The position numbers were made by a program, and so were the translations under genes. From IMG/VR virus record IMGVR_UViG_3300022562_001216, positions 1-54,743 of that record: a stretch of DNA of 54,743 nucleotides. One strand, given 5' to 3'. Shown in pieces: positions 10,962 to 19,788 of this stretch (within the stretch, counting starts at the first letter, position 1; every line of letters starts with the position of its first letter). The notes under the pieces are model-generated. The model had not been told where the DNA came from. It was given only the letters and a program-made list of their open reading frames with translations, and did no database searches. The stretch comes from a virus. Lineage: Duplodnaviria; Caudoviricetes.

Positions 10962-11216
10962 TTAGAACACCTTCACTTTGTCGCTTTTGTAGCGCTTATA
11001 CAAATTCATTTTGTGGCTTATGTCGCGGAACCGGAGCCCGGCACCCGTCTCCACAATGTGCTTGATATCCAACTGCTCATTGGCCGGGGAGATACTTTGC
11101 CCAATGAAGGTTTTCACGCCCTCCTCGTCCTGCACCGTCACTATGCCGATCTGGGGCTGCCCATAGGGGGTGAACCACTCCGCGCTGATGACCTGGTATT
11201 CGCCAATCACGTCCAT
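10962..11216 (-). CDS. Hypothetical phage protein
   Basis: ORF from MDVIGEY; WFTP..IGIVTV..KTFIG..DIKHIVETGA pattern. Confidence 0.55.
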   Translation of the reverse strand: MDVIGEYQVISAEWFTPYGQPQIGIVTVQDEEGVKTFIGQSISPANEQLDIKHIVETGAGLRFRDISHKMNLYKRYKSDKVKVF

Positions 11217-11504
11217 TTTTGTTGTCTCTCGTTCGTCTATGTCGCTGAAAGTGTAGAAATATTTCAAGTGTTTGTGTTGATTACATAGGGTTTTTCTGGA
11301 GGCGTAAAGCAAGCCACCGCCAGGGGATGGTATAAATTATAGGATAGATAATGCTCAAATATATTTTGGTTCCATAGTAAATGTTTATCGAAAACAGGGA
11401 CTTAACTGGGCTTGGGGTGTTTGGATCGCACCCTAAATAAATTGATGGAGGCTTGTGGTTCTGATTAAAGTGTGATGGCACTACAAAACAACAGGAGCAG
11501 AACG

Positions 11505-11738
11505 ATGAAAACAAGCACGCCATGGCAACGATACCTAAAGCCGCTGAAAGATGACCGTTTTTTGCGAATCAGTGATTTGGTGTACAAAGTGGGTAAGTCC
11601 AAGTCACAGATCTTGCGAGACATTCAAGAGGGTGAGTTTCCGTCGCCGATCAAGGTGGGCAAAAAATCCATAGCCTGGCGTCAATCGGTGGTGGAGGCTT
11701 GGATGCGTTACCGGGAAATAGAGGCAGAAAAGGCTTAG
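11505..11738 (+). CDS. AlpA family transcriptional regulator
   Basis: AGGAG SD; FLRISDL..VGKSKSQILRDIQEGEFPSPIKVGKKSIAWRQSVVEAW. Confidence 0.9.
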   Translation: MKTSTPWQRYLKPLKDDRFLRISDLVYKVGKSKSQILRDIQEGEFPSPIKVGKKSIAWRQSVVEAWMRYREIEAEKA

Positions 11739-11791
11739 GCTGGCTGGCTCCTTTCGGTATCCTCTTATGAAGATGCCGAAAGGGGGTTGTT

Positions 11792-12727
11792 ATGAGTGAC
11801 AAATTGTATGGACTGAGACGGTTGCGGGAAGAGTACAACCTGCGGCCTAAGCCCGACGCCAAACCTAAAGATTTTTACAAAGACTGGCCTTTGTATGATC
11901 CGGACGACTGCGAAGAGATACCAGAGGGCGAGCTGGAGGGGGAAGCGTTACACACTAAGGGTGTGCTGAAAGAAATGGGCCTGAGACCTAAGAAGGGGGC
12001 ACCTGTGCAGTTCAATGGCAAGTACAACCTCTACAAAGTGGCTGATTGCGTCAAGATCCAGAAAAAACCGCGCACGCCGGCTCAGGTGCGGGGCAGCACC
12101 ATTGCCGGTCTGAAAGCGCGGTTACGCTCAAAGCATGGTGAAGCCAGTCTGGTGGCTCAGGATGTGCTCAAGTCCTGCGTGATCCTGGATGTTGAGACCA
12201 CTGGATTGAGTCATAGAACCGATCAGATCATTGAGATTGGGATTGTCAACCACCGGGGCGAGGTGCTGATGGATCAGCGGGTGCGGCCTACTGTGGATAT
12301 CAACCCAGAGGCGGAAGAAATACACGGTATCACGATAGCAGACTTAAACGATTGCCCGGCTTGGAATGAAATCGTGCAGCAAGTGATGACGTTGTTGGCC
12401 AGTGAGGCGGTGGTGGTGGCGTTCAATGCGGAGTTTGAGCAAGAAATGTTGTACAGCAGCAGCCGTGCCTATGAAATTGCCATGCCGTGGCGTGATCTGG
12501 GCTGGTGTTGTGCCATGTACATGGCTGTGGAAGCCTTCGGGGCCACCAATCGCTATGGGGGTATATCGTTGTCCAATGCCTGCTATGCGGCGGGGGTGAG
12601 CCGGGAGGGTGCCCATACCGCAGTGGGTGATTGTCTGTCCACTTTGCGAATGATTGAGAGTGTTGCGCAATACAGTGCAAAGTTGCAGGCAGAATTGGAT
12701 GAGTTGATGGAGTGTGTCATTGATTAA
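11792..12727 (+). CDS. DEDDh 3'-5' exonuclease (Pol III epsilon-like) with N-terminal extension
   Basis: ILDVETTGL, IHGIT, AFNAEFE, AHTAVGD. Confidence 0.9.
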   Translation: MSDKLYGLRRLREEYNLRPKPDAKPKDFYKDWPLYDPDDCEEIPEGELEGEALHTKGVLKEMGLRPKKGAPVQFNGKYNLYKVADCVKIQKKPRTPAQVRGSTIAGLKARLRSKHGEASLVAQDVLKSCVILDVETTGLSHRTDQIIEIGIVNHRGEVLMDQRVRPTVDINPEAEEIHGITIADLNDCPAWNEIVQQVMTLLASEAVVVAFNAEFEQEMLYSSSRAYEIAMPWRDLGWCCAMYMAVEAFGATNRYGGISLSNACYAAGVSREGAHTAVGDCLSTLRMIESVAQYSAKLQAELDELMECVID

Positions 12728-12851
12728 AGCCAGTGTTAACCGTTCGTCGGCTGTGATTGTCCGTAGTCGTCCGTAGCAATCCGGTATGTATAAAGCGTTT
12801 GCGTGCCTGGTGAAAAGGTGCTTGGATGATGTTTAAAAAAGGAGGGTTGCT

Positions 12852-13322
12852 ATGGCCTTGACTGCGCGAGAAGTAAATAAAATATGTTTGAGTGGTGTTT
12901 CCATTGAATTGGCTGATCGTTGGCAGGGTGAGTTGGACGTGGATTTTTATGAAGAAGTGCTAAAGATGCCGATGGACTTCAATTATTGCTGGCAAAGCGT
13001 AGGCTCTGACGCCGTGGTGTTGGCAATGATGGCGTATACCCATGGATGCACGGTGGACGATATCATTGGTTCCGTTGATATGCGTGATGAGTATGGCGAT
13101 CCTGTAGCGTGGGCGTTAAGCGAAACGATGCAAATCGGCGTGACGTTAGCGGAGCGAATGATTTACCGGTTTTTAGAGTCTCGCGGTATACCTGTTGAGG
13201 AGTTTTTGAGGTTCAAGTTCCGCTTTTTGGGTTGTGAAACTATGGAATCTGAAGAAATTGAAGAATTTGAACCTAATCAATCAGCTCCACCGTCTGAACC
13301 TCATAGTCTTCAAGCGGGTTAA
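12852..13322 (+). CDS. Hypothetical protein
   Basis: GGAGG SD, 156 aa, acidic. Confidence 0.65.
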   Translation: MALTAREVNKICLSGVSIELADRWQGELDVDFYEEVLKMPMDFNYCWQSVGSDAVVLAMMAYTHGCTVDDIIGSVDMRDEYGDPVAWALSETMQIGVTLAERMIYRFLESRGIPVEEFLRFKFRFLGCETMESEEIEEFEPNQSAPPSEPHSLQAG

Positions 13323-13497
13323 ACCGCATTTGCTTGGCCTTTTCTAAGCAGTCGGGGTTGTCTTTGCAGTAGCGCACATTCTCCTGGAACGTATAGCGCG
13401 GGTCTTTGCTGTTCTGGTAGCGGGTGACGACCACGCCCACATCATTGATGAATCGCAGCTTTTTGCAGACGTGACAGCTAAAAATGGGTCTATCCAT
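13273..13497 (-). CDS. Small Cys-rich (Zn-binding) hypothetical protein
   Basis: CHVC...YCKDNPDC; follows rep on the same strand. Confidence 0.55.
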   Translation of the reverse strand: MDRPIFSCHVCKKLRFINDVGVVVTRYQNSKDPRYTFQENVRYCKDNPDCLEKAKQMRFNPLEDYEVQTVELID

Positions 13498-13498
13498 G

Positions 13499-13609
13499 AG
13501 TCTCACTAGCTGTGATACTGGCAAGTCTCAATTGCTTTCAAAAGCTGAAAGCCTGCGTTCAAAAGCTGAAACAGGTTGAGACTGGGGAGTCTCACCAGTT
13601 GTGAGACTC
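13499..13609. repeat. Symmetric array of AGTCTCA/TGAGACT half-sites with an internal 14-bp direct repeat
   Basis: IR 13499-13519; IR arms 13524-13531 and 13576-13583 enclosing TTCAAAAGCTGAAA twice; IR 13587-13609. Confidence 0.8.
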
Positions 13610-14459
13610 ATTTATTCAGTTTTTCTTTGAGGCGCTTAGAGAGTTGTTCCCAAGATTCGCCGGGTTTGGGATTTTGATTTTTCAGTCGTGCTTTGACTTG
13701 ATCTAGGGATTCTCCGGGTTGAGCGGCGTCTGCAATCATGGCTTTGGTGATGTAGGTGCGCTTTTTCGGGATATCGTCCTTGATCATTATGATTAGGTGG
13801 TAAATGTTATTTTCTTTAACCAAGTCATAGGTAATGCTGAGTTTTGTATTGTTGTCTAGGTCTGCTAGGACAGGGTTGATGACGCATTTTTTGAAATCCG
13901 CATCTCTGGTGTATTTGTTGCCTATGGCCAGTTTTTTGCGCAGCTCCGGATAAGTGAGGCAAAGAATATCTTTTTTCATGTTGCGGCATCGGGCCAGCAT
14001 TTCATAGATCGGTAGGGTGTAGCAGCTACTGAACTGTTTGATCACGCCGATGGAATAAGAGGTGTACTCAATCAGTCCGGTTAGATGTTGGCTGACCGTT
14101 GGGGTAAATTGCAGCTTGATCCTGCGTTTCGGTTTGTCTTTTTCAAGAAAATGCAGCCAGCGGCAACTTTTGCTTATGTCGTTTGCTTCATCGTGGACTT
14201 CAATTGAGCGTTCGTAGAGGCGGTCAGCGGCTCTCATCAGGTCGCTGATTCGGATTTCTTTTTCGTTTAAATCAAAAAACCGCCTAAAGGCGTCCAAATT
14301 TATAATGACTTCCAAGTACTCAGTGGTTGGGTGTTTTGCTGGAATTGTGGCCAGTGCAAAAGCCAGTAGCTGATGTTCGCGTAACGTTAGAAAGTAACAG
14401 GCATGAACCAATTCGTTTGCTTTCATAATTCTGGTCTCGTCATTAACGGGTGTGGTCAT
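13608..14459 (-). CDS. repB: Plasmid replication initiator, Rep_3/RepB family
   Basis: MKANELVHACYFLTLREHQLL, LYERSI, FTPTVSQHLTGL, SSCYTLPIYEML, DFKKCVINP; adjacent iterons. Confidence 0.9.
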   Translation of the reverse strand: MTTPVNDETRIMKANELVHACYFLTLREHQLLAFALATIPAKHPTTEYLEVIINLDAFRRFFDLNEKEIRISDLMRAADRLYERSIEVHDEANDISKSCRWLHFLEKDKPKRRIKLQFTPTVSQHLTGLIEYTSYSIGVIKQFSSCYTLPIYEMLARCRNMKKDILCLTYPELRKKLAIGNKYTRDADFKKCVINPVLADLDNNTKLSITYDLVKENNIYHLIIMIKDDIPKKRTYITKAMIADAAQPGESLDQVKARLKNQNPKPGESWEQLSKRLKEKLNK

Positions 14460-14578
14460 AACGGAGTGCGTCCTTATTCCATTTATTATTGCACAGGAGC
14501 GAGCCTAGTATAAGAAGGGAGAATGTCAAACCTGATTATCGTAAAAAAAACCCATACAGAACAATAACTAATCAAAAA

Positions 14579-14815
14579 CAGCCTGTGGATAACTTGCAGC
14601 CTGTGGATAACTCACCGGGTTTTTTGTCGTAAAACCGGGTTTTTTGTCGTAAGCACCGGGTTTTTTGTCGTAAGCACCGGGTTTTTTGTCGTAAAAACCG
14701 GGTTTTTTGTCGTAAAACTTGGATTTAAAATGTTTAAAATCAATAAGTTACAGCCCTGAAAAGTAAGAAAAGAAAAGAGAAAAGAAAATAGAAATATAAA
14801 TTTTGAAAAATTTCA
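14579..14815. promoter_or_regulatory. Iteron-type replication origin (DnaA boxes, iterons, AT-rich unwinding region)
   Basis: Perfect DnaA boxes TGTGGATAA at 14584 and 14602, five iterons, then an A/T-rich stretch at ~14716-14815, all upstream of rep. Confidence 0.9.
14614..14715. repeat. Five iterons ACCGGGTTTTTTGTCGTAA
   Basis: Copies start at 14614, 14634, 14655, 14676, 14697 (period 20-21 bp). Confidence 0.95.
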
Positions 14816-14896
14816 GCAGCCGGGGGTGATTAGCGTTTGATCAGAACAAAAAAGAAACAATACAAAATTCAATTTTAAATTTTAATCTTTCCTGCT

Positions 14897-15016
14897 TGTG
14901 GACAGCGGGACAGTCGCAAGCGAGCGTGATGGACAGAGCATGGATAACACGTGGACGAAAAAACACTCGCCCACCCGTTACCCACACCCTGACCACACTC
15001 TGCCCCCCTGACCACA
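14897..15016. repeat. Long imperfect inverted repeat containing DnaA-box-like sequences
   Basis: Nested arms TGTGGACAG/CTGACCACA, TGGATAAC/GTTACCCA, GTGGACGA/TCGCCCAC. Confidence 0.6.
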
Positions 15017-15079
15017 GAACTGGCATCTGGGGTGCGTCAGGTTCGCGGTCTCAAGATCCTGGTTACAGGTTTTTTAATT

Positions 15080-15121
15080 TCGGGATAAAAAACCCGGTGA
15101 GTTTTACGATAAAAAACCCGG
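15080..15121 (-). repeat. Two auxiliary iterons in inverted orientation
   Basis: GATAAAAAACCCGG twice at 21-bp spacing; the second is the reverse complement of the iteron with one mismatch. Confidence 0.8.
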
Positions 15122-15196
15122 CCAAGTTGTCATTTTTGCGTCATGAAGCTTTTCGTCTAAAGTTCGGTTAGGAAACACACAACAAAAATGGCCTAA

Positions 15197-15976
15197 ATGA
15201 CTGATTCGGAACGGTTGATTGATAAATCACCACTGTGGTTTATCAATCGCTTTTTTCACGTTGAATTTATGAACCCGCGCATCAAAGTTGTGCAACACAA
15301 CCGTGGGCAGCGGTATATTATGGCCGTAGAACTGGATGAGGAGCTGTACAAGGCGTTTTCGGAGCTGGGGCAAGGGTTGCATGGCATGATCCTCACAGGA
15401 GCCCTTAAAGTCGCTCACAGCCATTCAGCGATTGGGATTTGTAACGACGCTGGCCAGGTCGAAGAGTTATTTGAGCAACCCGCCCCTGAAAAACCCGTCA
15501 CAATGGCTCAAACTTTGTACAAAGAGGGGTATTTTAACAACCCGGAATTGTGGGCCGTGCTTGAGCGCGAGCGAGTCTACACACCTGCCATGCACAGCAA
15601 ACTGATTCATGATCAACCCTGTTTGTGTACCAGTGTTCGCAAGAACGACACGTTTCACATGGCCATACGCTGCCCGGCTAAGGCCTGCGGGGGTGAGGTT
15701 GAATGGCATCATGTGCGCACCTCTGCGACCGCTGGCACGGCCACCAAGCCCCATGATTTTTATACCGTACCCCTGTGTCAGGTTCACCACGAACTCGCCC
15801 ACCAGAAGCAAACCAGAGAGCTGACGGACTACTTGCTCAAGCAGGCGGCCTACTTCCGCTCGATGGGCATTGCGGAAGCCATGAAAAAGGAACTTGCCTT
15901 GACCTCGATGAACGAACTCACTGAAACGTTGCTCAAGCAATGGCATGATTTGATCGGATTTCACCCGCATGAGTAA
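15197..15976 (+). CDS. HNH-like Zn-binding protein (DUF968/HNHc-like)
   Basis: PCLC...CGGEVEWHHVR...KPHDFYTVPLCQVHHELAH. Confidence 0.7.
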   Translation: MTDSERLIDKSPLWFINRFFHVEFMNPRIKVVQHNRGQRYIMAVELDEELYKAFSELGQGLHGMILTGALKVAHSHSAIGICNDAGQVEELFEQPAPEKPVTMAQTLYKEGYFNNPELWAVLERERVYTPAMHSKLIHDQPCLCTSVRKNDTFHMAIRCPAKACGGEVEWHHVRTSATAGTATKPHDFYTVPLCQVHHELAHQKQTRELTDYLLKQAAYFRSMGIAEAMKKELALTSMNELTETLLKQWHDLIGFHPHE

Positions 15977-16226
15977 CCCGAAAAAACACGGCGGTCACGC
16001 CCAGGTGCTGAGTGATGACGATGTGGAGGACATTCGGGAGGAGTGGAGCCGCAAAGCGGAACTCACCAAGTGGGCCAATGCCATGCGCAAAGATGGAATG
16101 GAACTGTTGCAGGAAGCCAATGAATTAATCCGCATGGCGAAAAGCATCACTCAGCCAGAGCTGGCGCGGCGTTACGGGGTGTCCGTGCATACCATAAATG
16201 GGGTGATTAACAACAAGGCAAAGTGA
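15969..16226 (+). CDS. HTH DNA-binding protein
   Basis: LSDDDVEDIR...ITQPELARRYGVSVHTINGVIN. Confidence 0.75.
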   Translation: MSNPKKHGGHAQVLSDDDVEDIREEWSRKAELTKWANAMRKDGMELLQEANELIRMAKSITQPELARRYGVSVHTINGVINNKAK

Positions 16227-16286
16227 TGTAATTGGAATACAAGTAGAATACAATCGTATTCTTTTTGTAGTCGTTTGGAGGTTGCC

Positions 16287-16529
16287 ATGGTGTTAAAACA
16301 GTACCGCCTCAAAGATTTGTTTCAAATGCGTGATAAGCTGGATGCGGCGCAATTGCTGGACGAGCTGGAACGCCGCTTTGACGAGCGGGAGTTGATTCAA
16401 ATTGACGAGCTGACGGGCTTTGATGTGGAATGGTACATCGAAGAAAATGCCAGCTACAACGAACTGCAAAGTATCGCCATGGCGTGCAAGAGGGAGCTTC
16501 TTGATGAAAGCGATTCACCGTCGTTTTAA
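16287..16529 (+). CDS. Hypothetical protein
   Basis: GGAGG SD; acidic, predicted helical. Confidence 0.65.
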   Translation: MVLKQYRLKDLFQMRDKLDAAQLLDELERRFDERELIQIDELTGFDVEWYIEENASYNELQSIAMACKRELLDESDSPSF

Positions 16530-16785
16530 TAGCAATGGGTATGTTGATACTGCTGTTATACTGGAGCAGCGTTGTGTTGTTAAGGTTTGGACTGAGGATA
16601 GTTTGGGTCAAAACAACCCTTTCAAGGTCGGTATTAAACCTCATGGGCCAGTACCTGGTGCTCTGCTCAGTGCTTTCCTTGCTTTGACTGAGGGCGAGTT
16701 GTCTCAGAGCCAGCATCAGGAGCTGCTACGAATCGCAGCAACCGCCTACGAGTCACTTAAAACTTCAGGATTAGCCACCGCATAG
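16504..16785 (+). CDS. Hypothetical protein
   Basis: AGGGAG SD; overlap-coupled to the upstream gene. Confidence 0.55.
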   Translation: MKAIHRRFNSNGYVDTAVILEQRCVVKVWTEDSLGQNNPFKVGIKPHGPVPGALLSAFLALTEGELSQSQHQELLRIAATAYESLKTSGLATA

Positions 16786-17174
16786 TTCAATGCCCTGGTG
16801 ATCGCTTCAGTCAGTGACAGGTTGTTGCGCTGGCTGATGGTCATCCAGCGGGTTTTATCAAACGTCTCACAGCGCATGATCAGCATCGTGCTCTGCGAAT
16901 ATTTACGGGCATTCTGATTGCCGAGCAAGCCGCTTTCGTATTTTGGCGGTCTGCCTTCAAACCCTTCGGTAAACCCTTCCGCAAAATCCTGACCACAGAA
17001 ATCCGGGTCCATCATTTGCTCCAGCTTGTCGGGCAATCGAAAGCTGTGGCCGTGATAAAAGCGCTGCAATCCGTAGCAATAACCTTGCTTGTATTTGAGG
17101 CTGATTTCGTTGTCTTTGGCCAATTGCTCGGCGCAACGTAAAAAAGCGGCAAACTGCGCGTGGTTCAACTCCAT
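16746..17174 (-). CDS. Hypothetical protein with C-terminal RHH-like domain
   Basis: GNQNARK followed by STMLIMRCETFDKTRW...NLSLTEAITRALN; perfect palindrome upstream. Confidence 0.6.
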   Translation of the reverse strand: MELNHAQFAAFLRCAEQLAKDNEISLKYKQGYCYGLQRFYHGHSFRLPDKLEQMMDPDFCGQDFAEGFTEGFEGRPPKYESGLLGNQNARKYSQSTMLIMRCETFDKTRWMTISQRNNLSLTEAITRALNYAVANPEVLSDS

Positions 17175-17211
17175 TGCTAACCCCTTGATTTTATTGGATG
17201 CTAAACGGCTT

Positions 17212-17227
17212 GTTTGTATATACAAAC
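17212..17227. promoter_or_regulatory. Perfect 16-bp palindrome, candidate operator
   Basis: GTTTGTATATACAAAC lies ~40 bp upstream of the RHH-like gene. Confidence 0.5.
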
Positions 17228-17381
17228 GAATCAGACTTAAATATGTGCCAAAAAGCGGGTTTTTTCGCTATTTTTTGTAGTGATCGAGCAAAAAAGTGTG
17301 CAAAACCGTGGCGTTTTCGTGCAAAACACCCCGTTTTTGTAGCACGCACCAAAATAACTATTTTATTTCAAGGGTTTACGC

Positions 17382-17912
17382 ATGGATGGTTTCATTCAAA
17401 AGGCTTTTGAACGGGTTGGTGAACGTTTGACATCATCGCCCTACAAAATTGACGAGTTAGAAATATCGGAAACGCTGCCAGACATTTTTATGGCAACAGT
17501 CTGTTGTCAGGATCGACCGGTGATAGTGTGTGGGCCAGCAGAATTGAAGCAGTGCGGTGATATGGCCGCGGCGCTTGTCTTTGACAGAACCGTGTTGGAA
17601 ATAATGCAAGTGCTTGTGGCTTATGAAAAGCATGGTCAGGCAGCAGGTATACCGCGATCAGAAGAGGATCTTCTGGAGCTGCGAAATAAGTCAGAAATTA
17701 GATTCAACGATTTAAGTTGGCATTGGGCTAAGGCAGATCAGGTGATCACGGACCCTTGTGCATCCGTGTCCGTTGGGCCGTTGCGGGACGATTTAACGAA
17801 TTTGTTGGTGCTGTGTCCCCATGACTTCGGCACGAAAGTGGCGACCGTGTTATGTGTTTCGCCCACGGTGGATAGGATTTTCAGAACGGTCGTAAGAAAT
17901 GGGAGAAACTAA
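17382..17912 (+). CDS. Hypothetical protein
   Basis: 176-aa ORF, TAATG-coupled to the next gene; apparent paralog of 19264-19788. Confidence 0.6.
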   Translation: MDGFIQKAFERVGERLTSSPYKIDELEISETLPDIFMATVCCQDRPVIVCGPAELKQCGDMAAALVFDRTVLEIMQVLVAYEKHGQAAGIPRSEEDLLELRNKSEIRFNDLSWHWAKADQVITDPCASVSVGPLRDDLTNLLVLCPHDFGTKVATVLCVSPTVDRIFRTVVRNGRN

Positions 17913-18172
17913 TGGAAATCGATGATCCCTTTAAAATCTGGACCATTTACCACAACCCATTGGATTTTCCGGGTAAGTACGTGGGGCGCCTGTTCAATGT
18001 GCATAGTCCAGAGACCTTTGGCCCACACAGCATGGTGGTGCCGACTCAGCACCTGTTTGTCAGTGGCCATATTGAGCCGGTGCGGGATTGGATCAAGGGG
18101 CAGGGAGCCACCATCTACATTTGCAAGGATGTTGAGGATGATCCCAATGTCGTGGAGTCTTGGATACGATGA
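17912..18172 (+). CDS. Conserved-type small phage protein
   Basis: WTIYHNPLDFPGKYVGRLF...DDPNVVESWI; GGGAG SD. Confidence 0.7.
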   Translation: MEIDDPFKIWTIYHNPLDFPGKYVGRLFNVHSPETFGPHSMVVPTQHLFVSGHIEPVRDWIKGQGATIYICKDVEDDPNVVESWIR

Positions 18173-19380
18173 GCTACAGTCATTCACCTTCCATTTATTT
18201 AACGCCAAGGCCGCGGTTTGAGCGCCGTCAAGACTCAAAAACGCTCAGTATTACAACGATCAGTCACTGTTTGGATATGGATGCGTTGTTTTACAACGAT
18301 CACCGGCAGGCGTCAGACTGGCTGATCATCCAGGAAGAGGCACAACGGAAGAAGATCAATGAGGCCTGGTCGTTGCGCATTGATCGATGGCGCGGGATAC
18401 ACCAATACAAGCACTGGGCTGGTGGCGCCTCTGCTGAGTTCGTGCAGCGGGAGTTTGCCAAGGTGTTTGCGCGCGTGCCGGATGTGACGCCTGATATGAT
18501 CGAGCTGTTGAAACACGCTGCGCCCTATCTGAAACCATTGGAGCGAGAAAAGCCCAAGCCTCAACCTCAACCTCAACCCAAAGTGAAGCCCAAGCCAAAG
18601 CCCATCGTCGAGGTCCGGGAGCCGGACAACCTTGATCCTGAGACTGGATTGGTGCTGCTCAAAAGTTACCCCAATAAGTACAAAGAAAGTGAGCGACGTA
18701 TGGTGTTGCGAGAGAACTATTGCCATTACTACAACGTGACACCCAACCGACTGCCAGCGCCGCGGGCGGTGTGGAAGCCGCACCCGTCCTGCCTGGTGCA
18801 AGATCGCCGCTACTACTGGCACCTTGATGATGTGCCCATGTACTGGGATGAAGACGGGGAAAGCTACTTCATGAATCGCCCAGCGGAGGTACGGGCTTTG
18901 CTGCGGTTTATCGAGCTGGTGAGGCGGCGTGAGGGTGTGGGTTATAGCCGGGTGAATTCAATCATGGCTAAATTCGGTGATTGCAGCCGTCAAGCTGTAA
19001 ATAATTGGTGCCGTGGTTTGGGTGTGCCTTCCGGAAATTTTCTGTGTGCTATCGCTGATCATTATCGCATTGATTTAAAACGCTACATGCGCAAGCCGGA
19101 TGCAGTCGCGCAGAAAATCAAGTTGGAGCGTGAGCAGGCGCACTACCGGCGCTTACAGATCGAGCCCTTGTGGCGGAAATTGGCGGCGGCGCTGGTGCAG
19201 GCTCCGGTGGAGTGCCGGGTGTTTGACTCCGACGCAGAGCCCATGCTTCGGCTTGCTAATGCGCTAGTTGATGCTGAATTTGTCCGGCAAGTTGCCAGTG
19301 ATCCGCCCCATCAGGAGGGGGCTGTCAATGCCTCGGAAATGCCGAGCCGCGGTGGTGGTGCAGAGGATGATGGACAATAG
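18160..19380 (+). CDS. Protein with Pro/Lys linker and XRE-like HTH (start uncertain)
   Basis: MAKFGDCSRQAVNNWCRGLGVPSGNFLCAIADHY HTH pattern; KPKPQPQPQPKVKPKPKP linker. Confidence 0.65.
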   Translation: MDTMSYSHSPSIYLTPRPRFERRQDSKTLSITTISHCLDMDALFYNDHRQASDWLIIQEEAQRKKINEAWSLRIDRWRGIHQYKHWAGGASAEFVQREFAKVFARVPDVTPDMIELLKHAAPYLKPLEREKPKPQPQPQPKVKPKPKPIVEVREPDNLDPETGLVLLKSYPNKYKESERRMVLRENYCHYYNVTPNRLPAPRAVWKPHPSCLVQDRRYYWHLDDVPMYWDEDGESYFMNRPAEVRALLRFIELVRRREGVGYSRVNSIMAKFGDCSRQAVNNWCRGLGVPSGNFLCAIADHYRIDLKRYMRKPDAVAQKIKLEREQAHYRRLQIEPLWRKLAAALVQAPVECRVFDSDAEPMLRLANALVDAEFVRQVASDPPHQEGAVNASEMPSRGGGAEDDGQ

Positions 19381-19788
19381 GCGGCAAGGCTCCAGCAGTA
19401 TCGCCATCAGGTCGCCGGGTCCGGTGTCCATGAGGTCCGAGCAGCCGGGCTCGCTTTCGGCAATGGCTTCGTGGATGGGTTGCCAGTCAATGTTATCACC
19501 GGACACAGTGGCCACCTGTAAATTCACGGCGTTGATGCCGCAGTCTGCCATCAAAATGTGTTTATCAACCAGACGTTGCAGGTTGTAACGAAACACATCA
19601 TCCCCGGCTAGCCCTTGTGCAAGCCGTAAAGCATCCTCATCACCGGCCCAGCCACAGAGCAGCAGGGGTTTGCCGTTAAGCAGCAGCGCCACATGATCGG
19701 CTTGTTTCATGTTGTCGGTGGGGTCGTACACCGATGGGCAAACGGACGAGGCCACTAAAATCTCCAGCAGTGGGTTACTTGTGTTCAT
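19264..19788 (-). CDS. Hypothetical protein
   Basis: GGAGG SD; coupled to 19785-20009; 3' end overlaps the convergent gene. Confidence 0.6.
   Translation of the reverse strand: MNTSNPLLEILVASSVCPSVYDPTDNMKQADHVALLLNGKPLLLCGWAGDEDALRLAQGLAGDDVFRYNLQRLVDKHILMADCGINAVNLQVATVSGDNIDWQPIHEAIAESEPGCSDLMDTGPGDLMAILLEPCRLLSIILCTTTAARHFRGIDSPLLMGRITGNLPDKFSIN

Noticed and set aside
14614-14715. Tandem repeats as a CRISPR array
   Set aside because: Only 1-2 bp separate the repeats, so there are no spacers. No cas genes are present, and the position next to rep and DnaA boxes identifies them as iterons
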